Positions 1-10,757 are shown, numbered from the stretch's first letter. The stretch: 64,000 nt of DNA from Clostridia bacterium (GCA_017620205.1 JAFZQX010000019.1:18887-82886); one strand, 5' to 3'. Numbers and translations: made by a program. The notes: generated by a model not told the origin, from the letters alone.

Positions 1-1
1 A

Positions 2-403
2 CTATTTTTGATTTACAATTTCTCTCCAATCAAGGTCGCCGCGTTCAATACCCATAATAAGTATTTCGGCAGAAGCTATATTTGTGGCAAGAGGAATATT
101 GTGAACATCGCAAAGCTTCATAATCGTAGTGATTTCCGGTTCGTGATCTTGCTTTGTTAGAGGGTCTCTGAAAAAGAGAACGGCGTCTATCTCATTATAA
201 GCGATTCGTGCGGCAATTTGCTGGTCACCGCCCTGAGGACCGGATAAAAACTTTTTAATGTCGAGTCCTGTGGCTTCAGATACAAGATTTCCTGTCCTTG
301 CCGTTGCACAGAGATTGTGCTTTAAAAGTATACCTCTGTATGCAATGCAAAACTGAACCATTAGTTCTTTTTTCTTATCGTGTGCTATAAGTGCTATATT
401 CAT
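2..403 (-). CDS. mgsA: methylglyoxal synthase
   Basis: 133-aa ORF with the typical MgsA N-terminus ([12 protein letters not shown]...). The TAG stop lies at the window edge. Confidence 0.9.
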   Translation of the reverse strand: MNIALIAHDKKKELMVQFCIAYRGILLKHNLCATARTGNLVSEATGLDIKKFLSGPQGGDQQIAARIAYNEIDAVLFFRDPLTKQDHEPEITTIMKLCDVHNIPLATNIASAEILIMGIERGDLDWREIVNQK

Positions 404-1272
404 GAGTTATTCCTCCTGTCGGTTAATCTTTCTTCAGATTGCGGTCTTCTTATTCCGCTGTTTTTATTTTTATTTTTCCTTTTGAAAAGTCTTTTTAATT
501 TATATTTAAAAGACCCGTCATTAGCTAAATCAAGTAGGGGAACTGTTTCGCCCGTTATACGTTTTGCAACGTTTTTGTACGCAAGTGCGGCCGGAGTTGA
601 TGAGTTTTTTGCAGTTAGTATTTCGCCTTTGTTTGCTGATATTAAGATGTTTATATCGTGTGGTATTACTCCTAAAAGGTCAGCCGCCAAAAGCTCAATT
701 ACTTCGTCTACTCCCGGCATGTCTCCGCTTTGAATCAAGCTTGTCCGTACATTGTTTAAAAGAATCTGAATTTTCGGTATATTTTTTTCTTCCAGTTTCC
801 CGAGTATTCTGTCGGCGTCTCTGATTGAAGAAAACTCAGGAGTGGTTACGACTATTGCACGGTTAGCACCTGCAACAGCATTGAAAAAGCCTTGTTCTAT
901 TCCTGCGGGACAGTCTATTAAAACATAATCATATTTTTCTGCAAGTTCATCACATAGCTTTTTCATCTGTTCTTCCGAAACATCTGTTTTATTTCTTGTT
1001 TGTGAAGCTGCGAGCATTGAAAGCTTTCCGTCAAAACGTTTGTCGGACACGATCGCCTGTCTTAGCCTGCATCTGCCTTCTATTACATCCAAAAAATCGT
1101 ATACGATCTTATTTTCAAGACCAATAACAACATCAAGATTTCTCAGTCCCACATCTGCGTCAAGCATTACAACCGATTTGCCGATTGAAGCAAGCGCTGC
1201 TGCAATGTTTACGGTTGATGTTGTTTTTCCGACACCTCCCTTGCCGGAGGTGACTACTATAACGTCTCCCAT
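400..1272 (-). CDS. minD: septum site-determining ATPase MinD (ParA/MinD family) with extended basic C-terminal tail
   Basis: Deviant Walker A motif (GKGGVGKT). Near-colinear similarity to MinD ([29 protein letters not shown]). A C-terminal amphipathic KRLFKRK membrane-targeting sequence is followed by about 25 extra residues. The gene overlaps mgsA by 4 bp. Confidence 0.8.
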   Translation of the reverse strand: MGDVIVVTSGKGGVGKTTSTVNIAAALASIGKSVVMLDADVGLRNLDVVIGLENKIVYDFLDVIEGRCRLRQAIVSDKRFDGKLSMLAASQTRNKTDVSEEQMKKLCDELAEKYDYVLIDCPAGIEQGFFNAVAGANRAIVVTTPEFSSIRDADRILGKLEEKNIPKIQILLNNVRTSLIQSGDMPGVDEVIELLAADLLGVIPHDINILISANKGEILTAKNSSTPAALAYKNVAKRITGETVPLLDLANDGSFKYKLKRLFKRKNKNKNSGIRRPQSEERLTDRRNNS

Positions 1273-1303
1273 TATTGAATACTCCCTTTGATGTTTAAAA
1301 ATT

Positions 1304-2335
1304 CTAATCTTTCTTCTTGGTAATTACAAAATAGGTAACTGTAATGCACACTATAATAAAAGCTACCAACACCATAGCGCGAAGAGCGTCGCCGCCGATG
1401 AGAACAATGGCGGAAAGACCGAGTAAACTACTGATAAGATAGAGTATACCGACAGTTTGTTTCTGTGTGAGGCCCATATCTAAAAGCTTATGGTGCAGGT
1501 GACCCCGGTCGGCGCCCATAATGGGTTTGTGGTCTTTCATGCGGCGCAGCATTACAAAGCCTGTATCAAACAGCGGCAGACCCAAAACTATAAGCGGAAC
1601 AAAAAAGCTTATTACCGCGTACGCCTTGAATACGCCCATGATAGAAACACAAGATAAAATAAAGCCTAAAAACATGGCGCCTGTATCACCCATGAATATT
1701 TTTGCTGGGTTAAAATTATAAGGTAAAAAACCAAAACATGCGCCGGTCAGCGCAGCTGTTATAAGCGCTATGTTTTCTTCACTGGCAATAAGTGCAATAC
1801 AGAGCAGCGTCATCGAAGCTATTGAACTTACTCCTGCTGCCAAGCCGTCGAGACCGTCAATTAAGTTTACTGCGTTAGTAACCGCAACAACCCATATAAT
1901 GGTAATCGGAATCGAAAACAAGCCGAGTTCTAATGAGCCCTCTGACATGATAAACGTGGGCATGCTTATACGTTCGATTATAACACCGTGTAAAACCAAA
2001 ACCACTGCCGCAAGTATCTGACCTACCAGCTTTGTTACCGGGTGCAGAGGACGGATATCGTCAAATATACCTGTGATTATGATAATTAAAGCGCCGAATA
2101 TCATACCGCGAACGCCTAAATCAATCCTGCAGAGGCATAATATACTTACTACGAATCCGTAAAATATAGCGAGACCGCCGAGTAGCGGAGTTGGTTTTTT
2201 GTGAACGCGGCGTGCTTCTCCGGGTTTATCAATAGCACCGATTCTGAAAGCCAACGCTTTAACAAACGGGGTTGTTGCATAAGCAACGGCAAACGATATT
2301 ACAAATGACAGTGCAAATCCGAGAGACATAAGCAC
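1304..2335 (-). CDS. glycosyltransferase family 4, undecaprenyl-phosphate HexNAc-1-phosphate transferase (MraY/WecA/TagO family)
   Basis: Polytopic membrane protein of 343 aa with DGLDGLAAG and NFNPAKIFMGDTG motifs characteristic of the MraY/WecA superfamily. Confidence 0.75.
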   Translation of the reverse strand: MLMSLGFALSFVISFAVAYATTPFVKALAFRIGAIDKPGEARRVHKKPTPLLGGLAIFYGFVVSILCLCRIDLGVRGMIFGALIIIITGIFDDIRPLHPVTKLVGQILAAVVLVLHGVIIERISMPTFIMSEGSLELGLFSIPITIIWVVAVTNAVNLIDGLDGLAAGVSSIASMTLLCIALIASEENIALITAALTGACFGFLPYNFNPAKIFMGDTGAMFLGFILSCVSIMGVFKAYAVISFFVPLIVLGLPLFDTGFVMLRRMKDHKPIMGADRGHLHHKLLDMGLTQKQTVGILYLISSLLGLSAIVLIGGDALRAMVLVAFIIVCITVTYFVITKKKD

Positions 2336-2364
2336 TTACCAAGCCTTTCTGCCGGTTTGAAGAA

Positions 2365-3357
2365 TTAAACTCTGTCAACAAAACCGACTTTTCTGTGTAC
2401 TTTCGAAAGAGTGCGCCGAGCAATAGAAGAAGCGCGTTCGGCACCTTCTTTATATATCTTTTCGATATAATCCTTGTTTTCAATAAGTTCGTTATACTTA
2501 TCTCGAATAGGTTTAAGCGTTTCAATAATTATTTCTGAAACTCCCGCTTTGAAGTCTCCGTAACCTTTGCCTTCAAACTCTTTTGCGGCATCTTCCGGGG
2601 TTATTCCCGTCATGGCTCCGTAAATGGAGAGCAGGTTATTTATCCCGTCTTTACCTTCTTTGTATTCAATAACACCGTCTGAATCTGTAACGGCTCTTTT
2701 GATTTTTCTTGTTATTGTGTCCGGGTCATCAAGAATCCATATATAACCGTTTGGGTTAGGATCACTCTTGCTCATTTTGGATGTAGGATCCTGCAAACTC
2801 ATAACACGTGCTCCTACAGGGGGGATATATGCTTCCGGAACGGTGAAAACGTCGCCATATACTTTGTTAAAGCGATCGGCTATATCTCTTGAAAGTTCCA
2901 AGTGTTGTTTCTGGTCTACACCGACGGGAACAAGGTCTGTTTTATAAAGCAAAATATCTGCGGCCATTAAAACCGGATAAGTAAACAGGCCGGCATTTAT
3001 GTTTTCAGCGTGTTTTTGGGATTTGTCTTTAAACTGAGTCATACGGGAAAGTTCACCCATATATGTATAACAGTTTAATATCCAAGAAAGCTCAGCGTGC
3101 TGCGGAACATGTGACTGAAAAAACATAATTGAGTTTTCAGGGTCAATTCCGCATGCAATATATTGGCACAAAAACTGCATACATCTTTTGCGGAGCTCTT
3201 TTGGATCCTGGCGAACGGTTATTGAATGCATGTCAACAACAGAGAATATGCAGTCATATTCCTTTTGAAGTTCAATCCAGTTTTTAACCGCGCCTATATA
3301 ATTACCAAGCGTTATACAGCCTGTCGGCTGGATACCGCTGAATACTCTTTTTCTCAT
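2365..3357 (-). CDS. trpS: tryptophan--tRNA ligase
   Basis: Class I aaRS motifs: HIGH-like TGCITLGNY at the N-terminus and KMSKS present. Length is 330 aa. Confidence 0.9.
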   Translation of the reverse strand: MRKRVFSGIQPTGCITLGNYIGAVKNWIELQKEYDCIFSVVDMHSITVRQDPKELRKRCMQFLCQYIACGIDPENSIMFFQSHVPQHAELSWILNCYTYMGELSRMTQFKDKSQKHAENINAGLFTYPVLMAADILLYKTDLVPVGVDQKQHLELSRDIADRFNKVYGDVFTVPEAYIPPVGARVMSLQDPTSKMSKSDPNPNGYIWILDDPDTITRKIKRAVTDSDGVIEYKEGKDGINNLLSIYGAMTGITPEDAAKEFEGKGYGDFKAGVSEIIIETLKPIRDKYNELIENKDYIEKIYKEGAERASSIARRTLSKVHRKVGFVDRV

Positions 3358-3373
3358 TAATCTTTAAACCTCA

Positions 3374-4561
3374 TCAATCTTTTTCGGGGTCATAATTCTT
3401 GATTACATCTGCTAAAATGCGGATTCCGGTTTCTATCTTGTCATCTGCGGGAAGTGAATAATTAAGACGGAAATCGGGGCATGGGGCATCCATATCAATG
3501 GCGCATGTAAAGCCGGGAACAAATGCAACCTTTTCTTTTATTGACTTTGCAAGCAGCTTTTTAGTATCAAAATACTCGGGTAATGCACACCAAAGGAAAA
3601 TGCCGCCCTCGGGTCTTGTGAAGTTCGCGTAATCGGGGAAGTATTTATCCATTGCAGAGAGCATCAGAGAACATTTTTTGCCATAGAAATTCCTTGCTTT
3701 TTCTATGTGCTCATCAAGAGAATATCTGTTAAAGAATTCAGCGGCAATCATCTGCGTTAATACAGTTGTATGAACGTCAGAAACCTGTTTGCAGATTACC
3801 ATTTTTTCACGAATGTCATTTCTTGCAACAGCCCAGCCGAGGCGCATGCCGGCAGAGAGTACCTTTGAAAACGAGCCTGCATATATTACTCTGCCCGTAT
3901 CGTCCATTGATTTAATTGAAGGCATCGTTTCGCCTTTAAATCTGAGCTCAAAATAAGGGTTATCTTCCAAAACATAAAAATCATACTTTTCGGCAAGTTC
4001 AAGGATTCTCTTCCTTGTTGCCATATCCATTGTAATGCCGGAAGGGTTTTGGAAAGTTGTGATTGTATATAAAAGTTTGATTTTAGTTCTTTTAAGGATA
4101 TCTTCGAGCATATCGGTGTCAAGACCGGTGTCTTTTACAGGCACACCGATAAGCTTTGCACCATATGAGCGCAGAGAATTGAGACCGCCTATAAAACTTG
4201 GTTGTTCAACCACAACAACGTCGCCTTCGTTTAAAAGTGATTTAAAGCAAAGATCGAGTGCTTGCTGGCCGCCGGATGTAACCAAAACATCGTTATCCGG
4301 TTTTAAATTGCCGAATTTTCTCATCCTTTCGCGGATTTGTTCAGCAAGCGGTGCATATCCTTCGGTAACGCCGTATTGAAGTGCGACCGCAGGATTATTC
4401 TTTATAATCTCTTCAGATATTTCAGCAAGCTCAACAGAAGGAAAAAGCTCGGGAGAGGGGGCGCCGCCGGCGAATGAAATCATTTCCGGATCACCTAAAA
4501 GCTTGAACATTTCTCTGATTGCCGAACCCTGAAGACTTGATACTCTTTTTGCAAATTCCAT
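3374..4561 (-). CDS. PLP-dependent aminotransferase (class I/II fold)
   Basis: 395 aa with the aminotransferase fold signature (SFSKVLSAGMRLGW, lysine-containing PLP motif). It lies immediately upstream of trpS in the same orientation. Confidence 0.8.
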   Translation of the reverse strand: MEFAKRVSSLQGSAIREMFKLLGDPEMISFAGGAPSPELFPSVELAEISEEIIKNNPAVALQYGVTEGYAPLAEQIRERMRKFGNLKPDNDVLVTSGGQQALDLCFKSLLNEGDVVVVEQPSFIGGLNSLRSYGAKLIGVPVKDTGLDTDMLEDILKRTKIKLLYTITTFQNPSGITMDMATRKRILELAEKYDFYVLEDNPYFELRFKGETMPSIKSMDDTGRVIYAGSFSKVLSAGMRLGWAVARNDIREKMVICKQVSDVHTTVLTQMIAAEFFNRYSLDEHIEKARNFYGKKCSLMLSAMDKYFPDYANFTRPEGGIFLWCALPEYFDTKKLLAKSIKEKVAFVPGFTCAIDMDAPCPDFRLNYSLPADDKIETGIRILADVIKNYDPEKD

Positions 4562-4762
4562 TTTTCCATAGCCTTTCTAAAAATGATATTTTAATATATA
4601 AAATATACAAAAAATCATTAATTTAGATAACTTTTTATATATTTTACCACAAAAATTAACTATTGTAAATACTTTTTTTAATATTTTTAACAAAAATATG
4701 CTTAATACTCAAATTAAAAACCCAAACAACTATAGTGGCTGCTCCTACCCGGAAACTCCAAT

Positions 4763-5890
4763 CTAAACTGAAGAGTGTTCGGTTTCTGCGTTACCGGTTA
4801 AAAGCCAGCTGTAAATAGTTTTAAAGAAGCCGCCGTCATATAGGTTTTTAATTATTACTGCAATAACAGGACCAAGTATCATGCCTAAAAAACCCGTTAT
4901 TTTAAGACCGGCGTACATTGTCATTAAAGTTACAAGAGGATGCAAACCTATTTGAACGCTTAATACTCTGGGCTCAAGCATCTGTCTTACAAACAGGCAG
5001 ATTAAATAGAGAGCAAGTAGGTACAAACCAAGGTTTGTATCGCCCGAAATTATGGCACCGACGCCCCAGGGTATTAATACGGTTCCGGTTCCGAGTATCG
5101 GTAATGCATCAATGATACTTATGACAAGCGCTAAAAGAAGCGCGTAGTTTGCTATATTTCCGCCGCGTATAAGAAATCCTATCAGCAGTTCCGTAAAAGT
5201 TACACACATAAGTATCAGCTGAGCTCTGATGTAAGCAAGCATCGCATGTGCCATGCCGTTTTTTACTGTTCTTATATGGGGATGCAGTCTTTTGGGAACG
5301 ATTTTTTTGATTGTTTCGTTAATAGGCTCTTTGTCGCTGCTGATAAAATATGTTCCGAGAAACAGCGCAACAATAAATATAATTATTCTCGGCAGGCTTT
5401 TTACAATACTTAAAAGTTTTTCAACTGTAGGCCAAATATAGCCGGTAAGGTAATCTGAAATCACGGTTGCTATGTTGTCCCAATCAAGAAGAGAATCTAT
5501 ATATTCACGGAAACCTTCGCCAGAGTGTGACAAAAGCACGTTACGCCAGCTCATAAAAGCATTGGCTATAAGTCCGGAAATATAGTCCGACTGACCGACA
5601 AGGTTGCCTATTTCAGTTACAATTCTTCCTACAATTTCGCTTACAAGCCAAACAAGAAGGGCTATAACTATAACAACTACTAGAGCACTGGAAATCTTTC
5701 TGGGAACTTTTACCTTTTCAGAAAGAAATTCAACAACCGGTTCAATGATTTTTGCTATAAAAAAGGCAACTATGAAAGGAAGCGTCCAGATAATCAGTCT
5801 GGGAACAACAAAACATACGAATAAAACGGCAGCAATCAAAGTTGCCGTAAATATTATTATTCTTTTTGTTCTTCCGTTTTCCGAATTCAA
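4763..5890 (-). CDS. AI-2E family transporter (PerM/YhhT-like)
   Basis: 375-aa multi-TM protein with the AI-2E/UPF0118 architecture. It overlaps the upstream apgM gene by 4 bp. Confidence 0.75.
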   Translation of the reverse strand: MNSENGRTKRIIIFTATLIAAVLFVCFVVPRLIIWTLPFIVAFFIAKIIEPVVEFLSEKVKVPRKISSALVVVIVIALLVWLVSEIVGRIVTEIGNLVGQSDYISGLIANAFMSWRNVLLSHSGEGFREYIDSLLDWDNIATVISDYLTGYIWPTVEKLLSIVKSLPRIIIFIVALFLGTYFISSDKEPINETIKKIVPKRLHPHIRTVKNGMAHAMLAYIRAQLILMCVTFTELLIGFLIRGGNIANYALLLALVISIIDALPILGTGTVLIPWGVGAIISGDTNLGLYLLALYLICLFVRQMLEPRVLSVQIGLHPLVTLMTMYAGLKITGFLGMILGPVIAVIIKNLYDGGFFKTIYSWLLTGNAETEHSSV

Positions 5891-7107
5891 TTAAATTCAG
5901 ACCTTTCAAGAAAATAATCAATTAATCTATAGCCGGGATCAAGCATTTTGCCTTCGGCGTTTTTCTCCGAGAAGACAATGCTCTTACTTTCTTTTTCAAA
6001 TCTGCTGTCATATATAAAGCAGGGAACGGGATCTCTTGCGTGTGTCTTAATTGACACGGGTGTAGGGTGATCGGGAAGTACCATAATCCGGTAATCTTCG
6101 CCCTTTTCGGAAAGCTCTGAGCAAATGTATCCAACTATTTTTTTGTCTATAAGCTCTATTGATTTTGCTTTAAGTTTTGCGTTTCCCTGATGGCCGCATT
6201 CGTCAGGGGCTTCAAGATGTATATAAACATAATCTTTACCGGACATAAGAGCGTCAACAGCGGCTTTTGCTTTCCCGTCGAAGTTTGTATCTATATTACC
6301 TGTAACATTTGGAACTTTTATTACTTCCATATCTGCCAGGTATCCAATTCCGCGAACTAAGTCAACTGCGGAAATTACAGCACCGGACAGGTCTGTCTTT
6401 TCTTTAAAAGAGGGGAGAGACGCACTTTTTCCGCGCCCCCATATCCAAAGTGAATCTGCTGTGTGTTTGCCTTCGGCGCGTCTTTTCTTATTCACCGGAT
6501 GATTTTTAAGAATTTCATAGCTTTTTTTCATAACAGAAAGAGTAAGTTCGTCTTTGGGAAGATACTCTTTTATCGGTTTGTCCGAAATGTCATGAGGAGG
6601 CGTCAGTTCACAGTCGGAATTTTTGCCGCTTTTTACCAAAAGGTGTCTGTAGCTTACGCCGCAGTACAGTTTTAAATCGTTTGTATTTATGGATTCTGCA
6701 AGAGTTTTTATAATTTCAGCGGATTCCGCCGTCGTAATCTCGCCCGAACTGTAATCAAGCATGGTTTTATCCTCGTAGTCGCATTCGCCCGAAAGAGAAA
6801 CAAGGTTTGCTCTGTATGACGTGTCATCCGGCGCAAGTGTAACTCCGATACTTGCTGCTTCTAAAGGGGAACGGCCTGTATAATATTTCATTGGGTCATA
6901 ACCCATTACAGCCAAGTTTGCCACATCGCTGCCGGGTGAAAGCTCGTCCGGCACAGTTTTAACCAAAAACATTTCACCTTTAGATGCAAGTGAGTCCATA
7001 TTAGGTTTATTTGCATATTCCATAGGCGTTTTACCGCCAAGCTCGGGAAGAGGATAGTCGCTCATTCCGTCTGAAAGAACTACTATATATTTCATTTTAA
7101 TCTCCAT
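5887..7107 (-). CDS. apgM: cofactor-independent phosphoglycerate mutase, ApgM type
   Basis: 406 aa with an N-terminal MKYIVVLSDGMSDYP metal-binding motif typical of ApgM-family iPGM. Confidence 0.85.
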   Translation of the reverse strand: MEIKMKYIVVLSDGMSDYPLPELGGKTPMEYANKPNMDSLASKGEMFLVKTVPDELSPGSDVANLAVMGYDPMKYYTGRSPLEAASIGVTLAPDDTSYRANLVSLSGECDYEDKTMLDYSSGEITTAESAEIIKTLAESINTNDLKLYCGVSYRHLLVKSGKNSDCELTPPHDISDKPIKEYLPKDELTLSVMKKSYEILKNHPVNKKRRAEGKHTADSLWIWGRGKSASLPSFKEKTDLSGAVISAVDLVRGIGYLADMEVIKVPNVTGNIDTNFDGKAKAAVDALMSGKDYVYIHLEAPDECGHQGNAKLKAKSIELIDKKIVGYICSELSEKGEDYRIMVLPDHPTPVSIKTHARDPVPCFIYDSRFEKESKSIVFSEKNAEGKMLDPGYRLIDYFLERSEFN

Positions 7108-7114
7108 TATTACT

Positions 7115-7855
7115 TTAATTTAAATTGTGCGCTTTGAAAACTTCGTAAAGCACAAGTGCGGCTGCAACAGAAGCGTTTAAAGACTCGGTTTCGCCTTTCA
7201 TGGGAATATTTACGAGAAAATCGCACTTTTCTTTTACGAGTCTGGAAAGACCGTTGCCTTCGCTGCCTATGCATATTGCAACAGCGCCGGAAAAATCTGA
7301 ATCGTAAATACTTTTTTCTGCGTCGGCACAAGTTCCTGTAACCCAAACACCTGCGTTTTTGAGATCGTCTATTGTTTTTGCGAGATTTGAAACTCTTGCA
7401 ACGGGAGTAAACTCGGCAGCGCCTGCCGAAACCTTTAAAACGGTTGAGTTTAAAGTTACACTCTCATGCTTCGGTATGATAACACCGTGTGCGCCTGCTG
7501 CGTTGGCAGTTCTAATAATAGAACCCAAATTATGCGGGTCGGTTATCTTATCGCAAATAACAACAAACGGTGCTTCGCCTTTGTATTTGGCAGATGACAA
7601 TATATCTTCTACAGATGCATATTCATGTACAGCGCATAGTGCTACAACGCCCTGGTGATTTCCGTCGTCTGCCAGCGTGTCAAGTTTTCTGCGGTCCGCG
7701 CGCTGAATGATGATACCGTTATCCTTTGCGGCACCTGCAATTTTTTTGAGAGAGCCGTCTATATCGCCGCTTTTCAAAAATATCTTATCAATGGTTCGCC
7801 CCGCGCGGATAGCTTCCAACACGGGGTTTCTTCCAATTATAATATCGTTTTTCAT
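7115..7855 (-). CDS. rlmB: 23S rRNA (guanosine-2'-O)-methyltransferase RlmB (SpoU/TrmH family)
   Basis: 246 aa with SpoU methylase motifs (NLGSIIRTA, IGSEGNG). Confidence 0.8.
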   Translation of the reverse strand: MKNDIIIGRNPVLEAIRAGRTIDKIFLKSGDIDGSLKKIAGAAKDNGIIIQRADRRKLDTLADDGNHQGVVALCAVHEYASVEDILSSAKYKGEAPFVVICDKITDPHNLGSIIRTANAAGAHGVIIPKHESVTLNSTVLKVSAGAAEFTPVARVSNLAKTIDDLKNAGVWVTGTCADAEKSIYDSDFSGAVAICIGSEGNGLSRLVKEKCDFLVNIPMKGETESLNASVAAALVLYEVFKAHNLN

Positions 7856-9066
7856 ATATCTGCGAGACCGAATTTGTCATGAATAGCGCGAACTGCAGCG
7901 TCTGCGTCTTCCTGTTTTACGAGAACGGATATCTTAATCTCGCTTGTGGAAATCATCTGAATATTGATGTCTGCATTGTAAAGTGCTTCGAACATATCAG
8001 CCGCAACACCGGGGTTTGAAGCCATGCCCGCGCCGACAGCCGAAACCTTTGAAACGTCTTTGTCGTAAACTATTTCTTCCGCACCTACAAGTTTTATCTC
8101 GTCATTTAATATTTGTACTGCGCTCTCAAGCATACTTTCGGGAACGGTAAAAGTAATGTCCTGCTTACCGTTTCTGCCGAGTGATTGAAGAATTATATCT
8201 ACATTTATATTTTTCTTTGAAAGAAGTGAGAATACAACAAAGGCTTTGCCCGGTGTATCATCAATATTTTTAAGTGTTATTCTTGCAACATCGTTATCTC
8301 TTGCAATACCTCTTACTAACATTTTTTCCACGGAATGATCCCCCTTAACAATTGTACCAGGTTTTTCCTCAAAGCTGGAAAGAACCTCAAGATTTATATT
8401 AAATTTCTTTGCAAGCTCAACCGAACGGTTGTGAAGTACCTGCGCGCCGAGCGATGCCAGTTCTATCATTTCATCAAATGTTATATCCGAAAGCTGAGTG
8501 GCATCCGGAACTATGCGCGGGTCACAAGTATATACGCCTGAAACATCTGTGTATATCTGACAAAGATCGGCATGAATAGCTGCTGCTATTGCAACGGCTG
8601 TTGTATCGGAACCGCCGCGTCCGAGCGTTGTAATATCGTCATAGCGGTTAACACCCTGAAATCCGGCTACTATTACTATTTTATTCTGGTCAAGCTCTCT
8701 TAAAATGCGTTCTGAGTCAACTCTTTTGATCCTTGCGTTGCCGTGCTGTGAGTTTGTACGTATACCAACCTGCCAGCCAGTAAGTGAAATAACGGGACAA
8801 TTAAGCTTTTCAAGCGCCATGGCAAGCAGTGACATTGAAATCTGCTCACCCGTATTTAAAAGAACGTCCATTTCTCTTTTTGAAGGAGATTCATTGATTT
8901 CTTTAGCTTTTTCTATAAGATCGTCTGTTGTGTCGCCCTGAGCCGAAACAACCACAACAACCTTATTTCCTTTTGTGTAATACTCTTTAACACGGCGTGC
9001 AACGTTAAAAAGTCTGTCTTTATCTGCAACAGACGTGCCGCCGTATTTCTGGACTATAATACTCAT
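7852..9066 (-). CDS. aspartate kinase
   Basis: 404 aa with N-terminal MSIIVQKYGGTSV and C-terminal tandem ACT domains. It overlaps the hom stop region and rlmB, so it sits in an operon. Confidence 0.9.
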   Translation of the reverse strand: MSIIVQKYGGTSVADKDRLFNVARRVKEYYTKGNKVVVVVSAQGDTTDDLIEKAKEINESPSKREMDVLLNTGEQISMSLLAMALEKLNCPVISLTGWQVGIRTNSQHGNARIKRVDSERILRELDQNKIVIVAGFQGVNRYDDITTLGRGGSDTTAVAIAAAIHADLCQIYTDVSGVYTCDPRIVPDATQLSDITFDEMIELASLGAQVLHNRSVELAKKFNINLEVLSSFEEKPGTIVKGDHSVEKMLVRGIARDNDVARITLKNIDDTPGKAFVVFSLLSKKNINVDIILQSLGRNGKQDITFTVPESMLESAVQILNDEIKLVGAEEIVYDKDVSKVSAVGAGMASNPGVAADMFEALYNADINIQMISTSEIKISVLVKQEDADAAVRAIHDKFGLADI

Positions 9067-9083
9067 TTTTTTCCTCCTGTAAA

Positions 9084-10289
9084 CTATCCTATACTTGGTT
9101 TAAAATTGTTTTCACAGCGAATCTTTTTGATACATGAAAGCTTTTTAAATTCGCTTTCCGTCATACTCGGTATAATATATGCTTTTTCTGAGGAAGTGTG
9201 AGCTTCGAGTGATATTGCAGACGGATATTTTTCAGAAAAAGATATGTCGCTGCTCTCGGCTATTCTTACGAAGGCACCTGTTTTAACATCTTCGTCAGAA
9301 AGATAAGAATCGGAATTCTCACTGTTCCAACTCATTGAAACGTTTTTATGCCTTGCTATATCAATTATATCTCCTAAAACTGCGCTTGCAGTAGGGAGCT
9401 TGCCTGCGCCCTGACCGTAAAAAAGTACGTTTCCGACGCTGTCGCCGTTTGCTAAAACGGCGTTATATACGCCCATGGCACAGGAAATGGGGCTGTGCTT
9501 CGAAATGAACATAGGGCTTACTCTTGCAAACACTTTGGAGTTTTCAAGCTCGCCGTAGCCTATAAGCTTTATATCGCATCCTGCGGCCTCGGCATACTTT
9601 ACATCTTCCATAGTTATGTTTGTTATGCCTTCTGTTTCTATGTGACGGCAATCAACACGGCTGCCGTACAACAAAGAGGTAAGAATTGATATTTTTCTTG
9701 CTGTATCTTTTCCTTCAATATCAGCAGAAGGATCTCTTTCCGCATATCCGTTTTCCTGAGCTGATTTTAAAGCAGAATCAAAATCTCTGCCTTTCGTAAT
9801 CATTTCGGTCAATATATAATTTGTAGTGCCGTTTAAAACGCCGATTATCTTTTTAATATTATTAGCTGCGAGACAGTTATATAAAGGTCTTATAAGCGGG
9901 ATACCGCCGCCGACTGCCGCTTCAAATAAATAAGCCTTGCCGTTTTCGTTTGCGATTTTGAAAAGTTCGTCTCCGTGTGTAGCAACAAGTTCTTTATTTG
10001 AAGTTACAACGTGCTTGCCTGCTGCGAGAGCTTCACGCGTAAATGTCATAGAAGGCTCAACGCCGCCGATTACTTCGGCAACAACATCAACGGAGCTGTC
10101 ATTTAAAATAACATTATAATCATTTGTAAACAGATGTGCATCCTCGTGTGATGAGAAGTCGCGTATATCGAGAATATACTTAACTGTTATCTCTTCACCA
10201 ACGCGTTTTGCAATCGCTTCTTTGTTGTTTTTCAGGATTTCATATATACCGGAACCTACTGTTCCGAAACCCAAGATAGCAATATTCAA
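9084..10289 (-). CDS. hom: homoserine dehydrogenase
   Basis: 401 aa with an N-terminal NAD-binding GFGTVGSG motif and a C-terminal ACT domain. Confidence 0.9.
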   Translation of the reverse strand: MNIAILGFGTVGSGIYEILKNNKEAIAKRVGEEITVKYILDIRDFSSHEDAHLFTNDYNVILNDSSVDVVAEVIGGVEPSMTFTREALAAGKHVVTSNKELVATHGDELFKIANENGKAYLFEAAVGGGIPLIRPLYNCLAANNIKKIIGVLNGTTNYILTEMITKGRDFDSALKSAQENGYAERDPSADIEGKDTARKISILTSLLYGSRVDCRHIETEGITNITMEDVKYAEAAGCDIKLIGYGELENSKVFARVSPMFISKHSPISCAMGVYNAVLANGDSVGNVLFYGQGAGKLPTASAVLGDIIDIARHKNVSMSWNSENSDSYLSDEDVKTGAFVRIAESSDISFSEKYPSAISLEAHTSSEKAYIIPSMTESEFKKLSCIKKIRCENNFKPSIG

Positions 10290-10319
10290 CTTAAATTCAT
10301 CCTTTCGCTTTGTTCTATA

Positions 10320-10757
10320 TCAATCTTTTGCAAGAATATGCATTCTTTTGATCCCTTCGATTTTTTCGAAACGCTTTAAAAAACGTTCAACTTCAAAATT
10401 ATCGCTTTCGTTCTGAATAGAAATTGTTATATTTGCAAGCCCGTTTATCGGGATATTCTGGTTAATTGTCAGAATATTGCAGTTTGCTTTGGCAAGAATA
10501 CGAAGTATTTCACTTAAAATTCCCGCAATGTCTTCAAGCTCAAAGGCTAAAGTAATAATTCCTTTCATATCCTTGAAAGGGAAAACAAAATCCTTGTATT
10601 TATAAAAGGCGCTTCTGCTGATGCCTGCCGCCGCCGTTGCTTCGGTAACCGTAATTTTGCTGTTCATGCTCATTGTTTTTTTAACATCAAGCACCTTTGA
10701 AAAAACACTCGGAAGAGCGCGGGAATCAACAAGAATCAGGTTTTTTTTGTTTTCCAA
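10320..10757 (-). CDS. UPF0735-type ACT domain protein (PheB-like)
   Basis: 145 aa with an N-terminal HTH-like ISRSAFYKYKD segment and a C-terminal ACT domain. It is the first gene of the ACT-hom-ask operon. Confidence 0.7.
   Translation of the reverse strand: MENKKNLILVDSRALPSVFSKVLDVKKTMSMNSKITVTEATAAAGISRSAFYKYKDFVFPFKDMKGIITLAFELEDIAGILSEILRILAKANCNILTINQNIPINGLANITISIQNESDNFEVERFLKRFEKIEGIKRMHILAKD

Noticed and set aside
380-1291. Plus-strand ORFs (117, 86 and 83 aa) antisense to minD
   Set aside because: They lie entirely antisense within a well-supported MinD CDS, have low-complexity or odd composition, and lack an RBS.
4562-4762. Possible T-box leader upstream of the aminotransferase-trpS operon
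   Set aside because: The region is uniformly AT-rich. It has no GC-rich specifier, antiterminator or T-box sequence (no CGCGGTNCCACCC on the coding strand) and no substantial hairpins.
7110-7346. Arg-rich 78-aa ORF on the minus strand and a 61-aa ORF on the plus strand at the rlmB 3' end
   Set aside because: They overlap the rlmB coding region in alternative frames. The Arg/Lys-rich composition is a frame artefact of the GC-skewed codons there.
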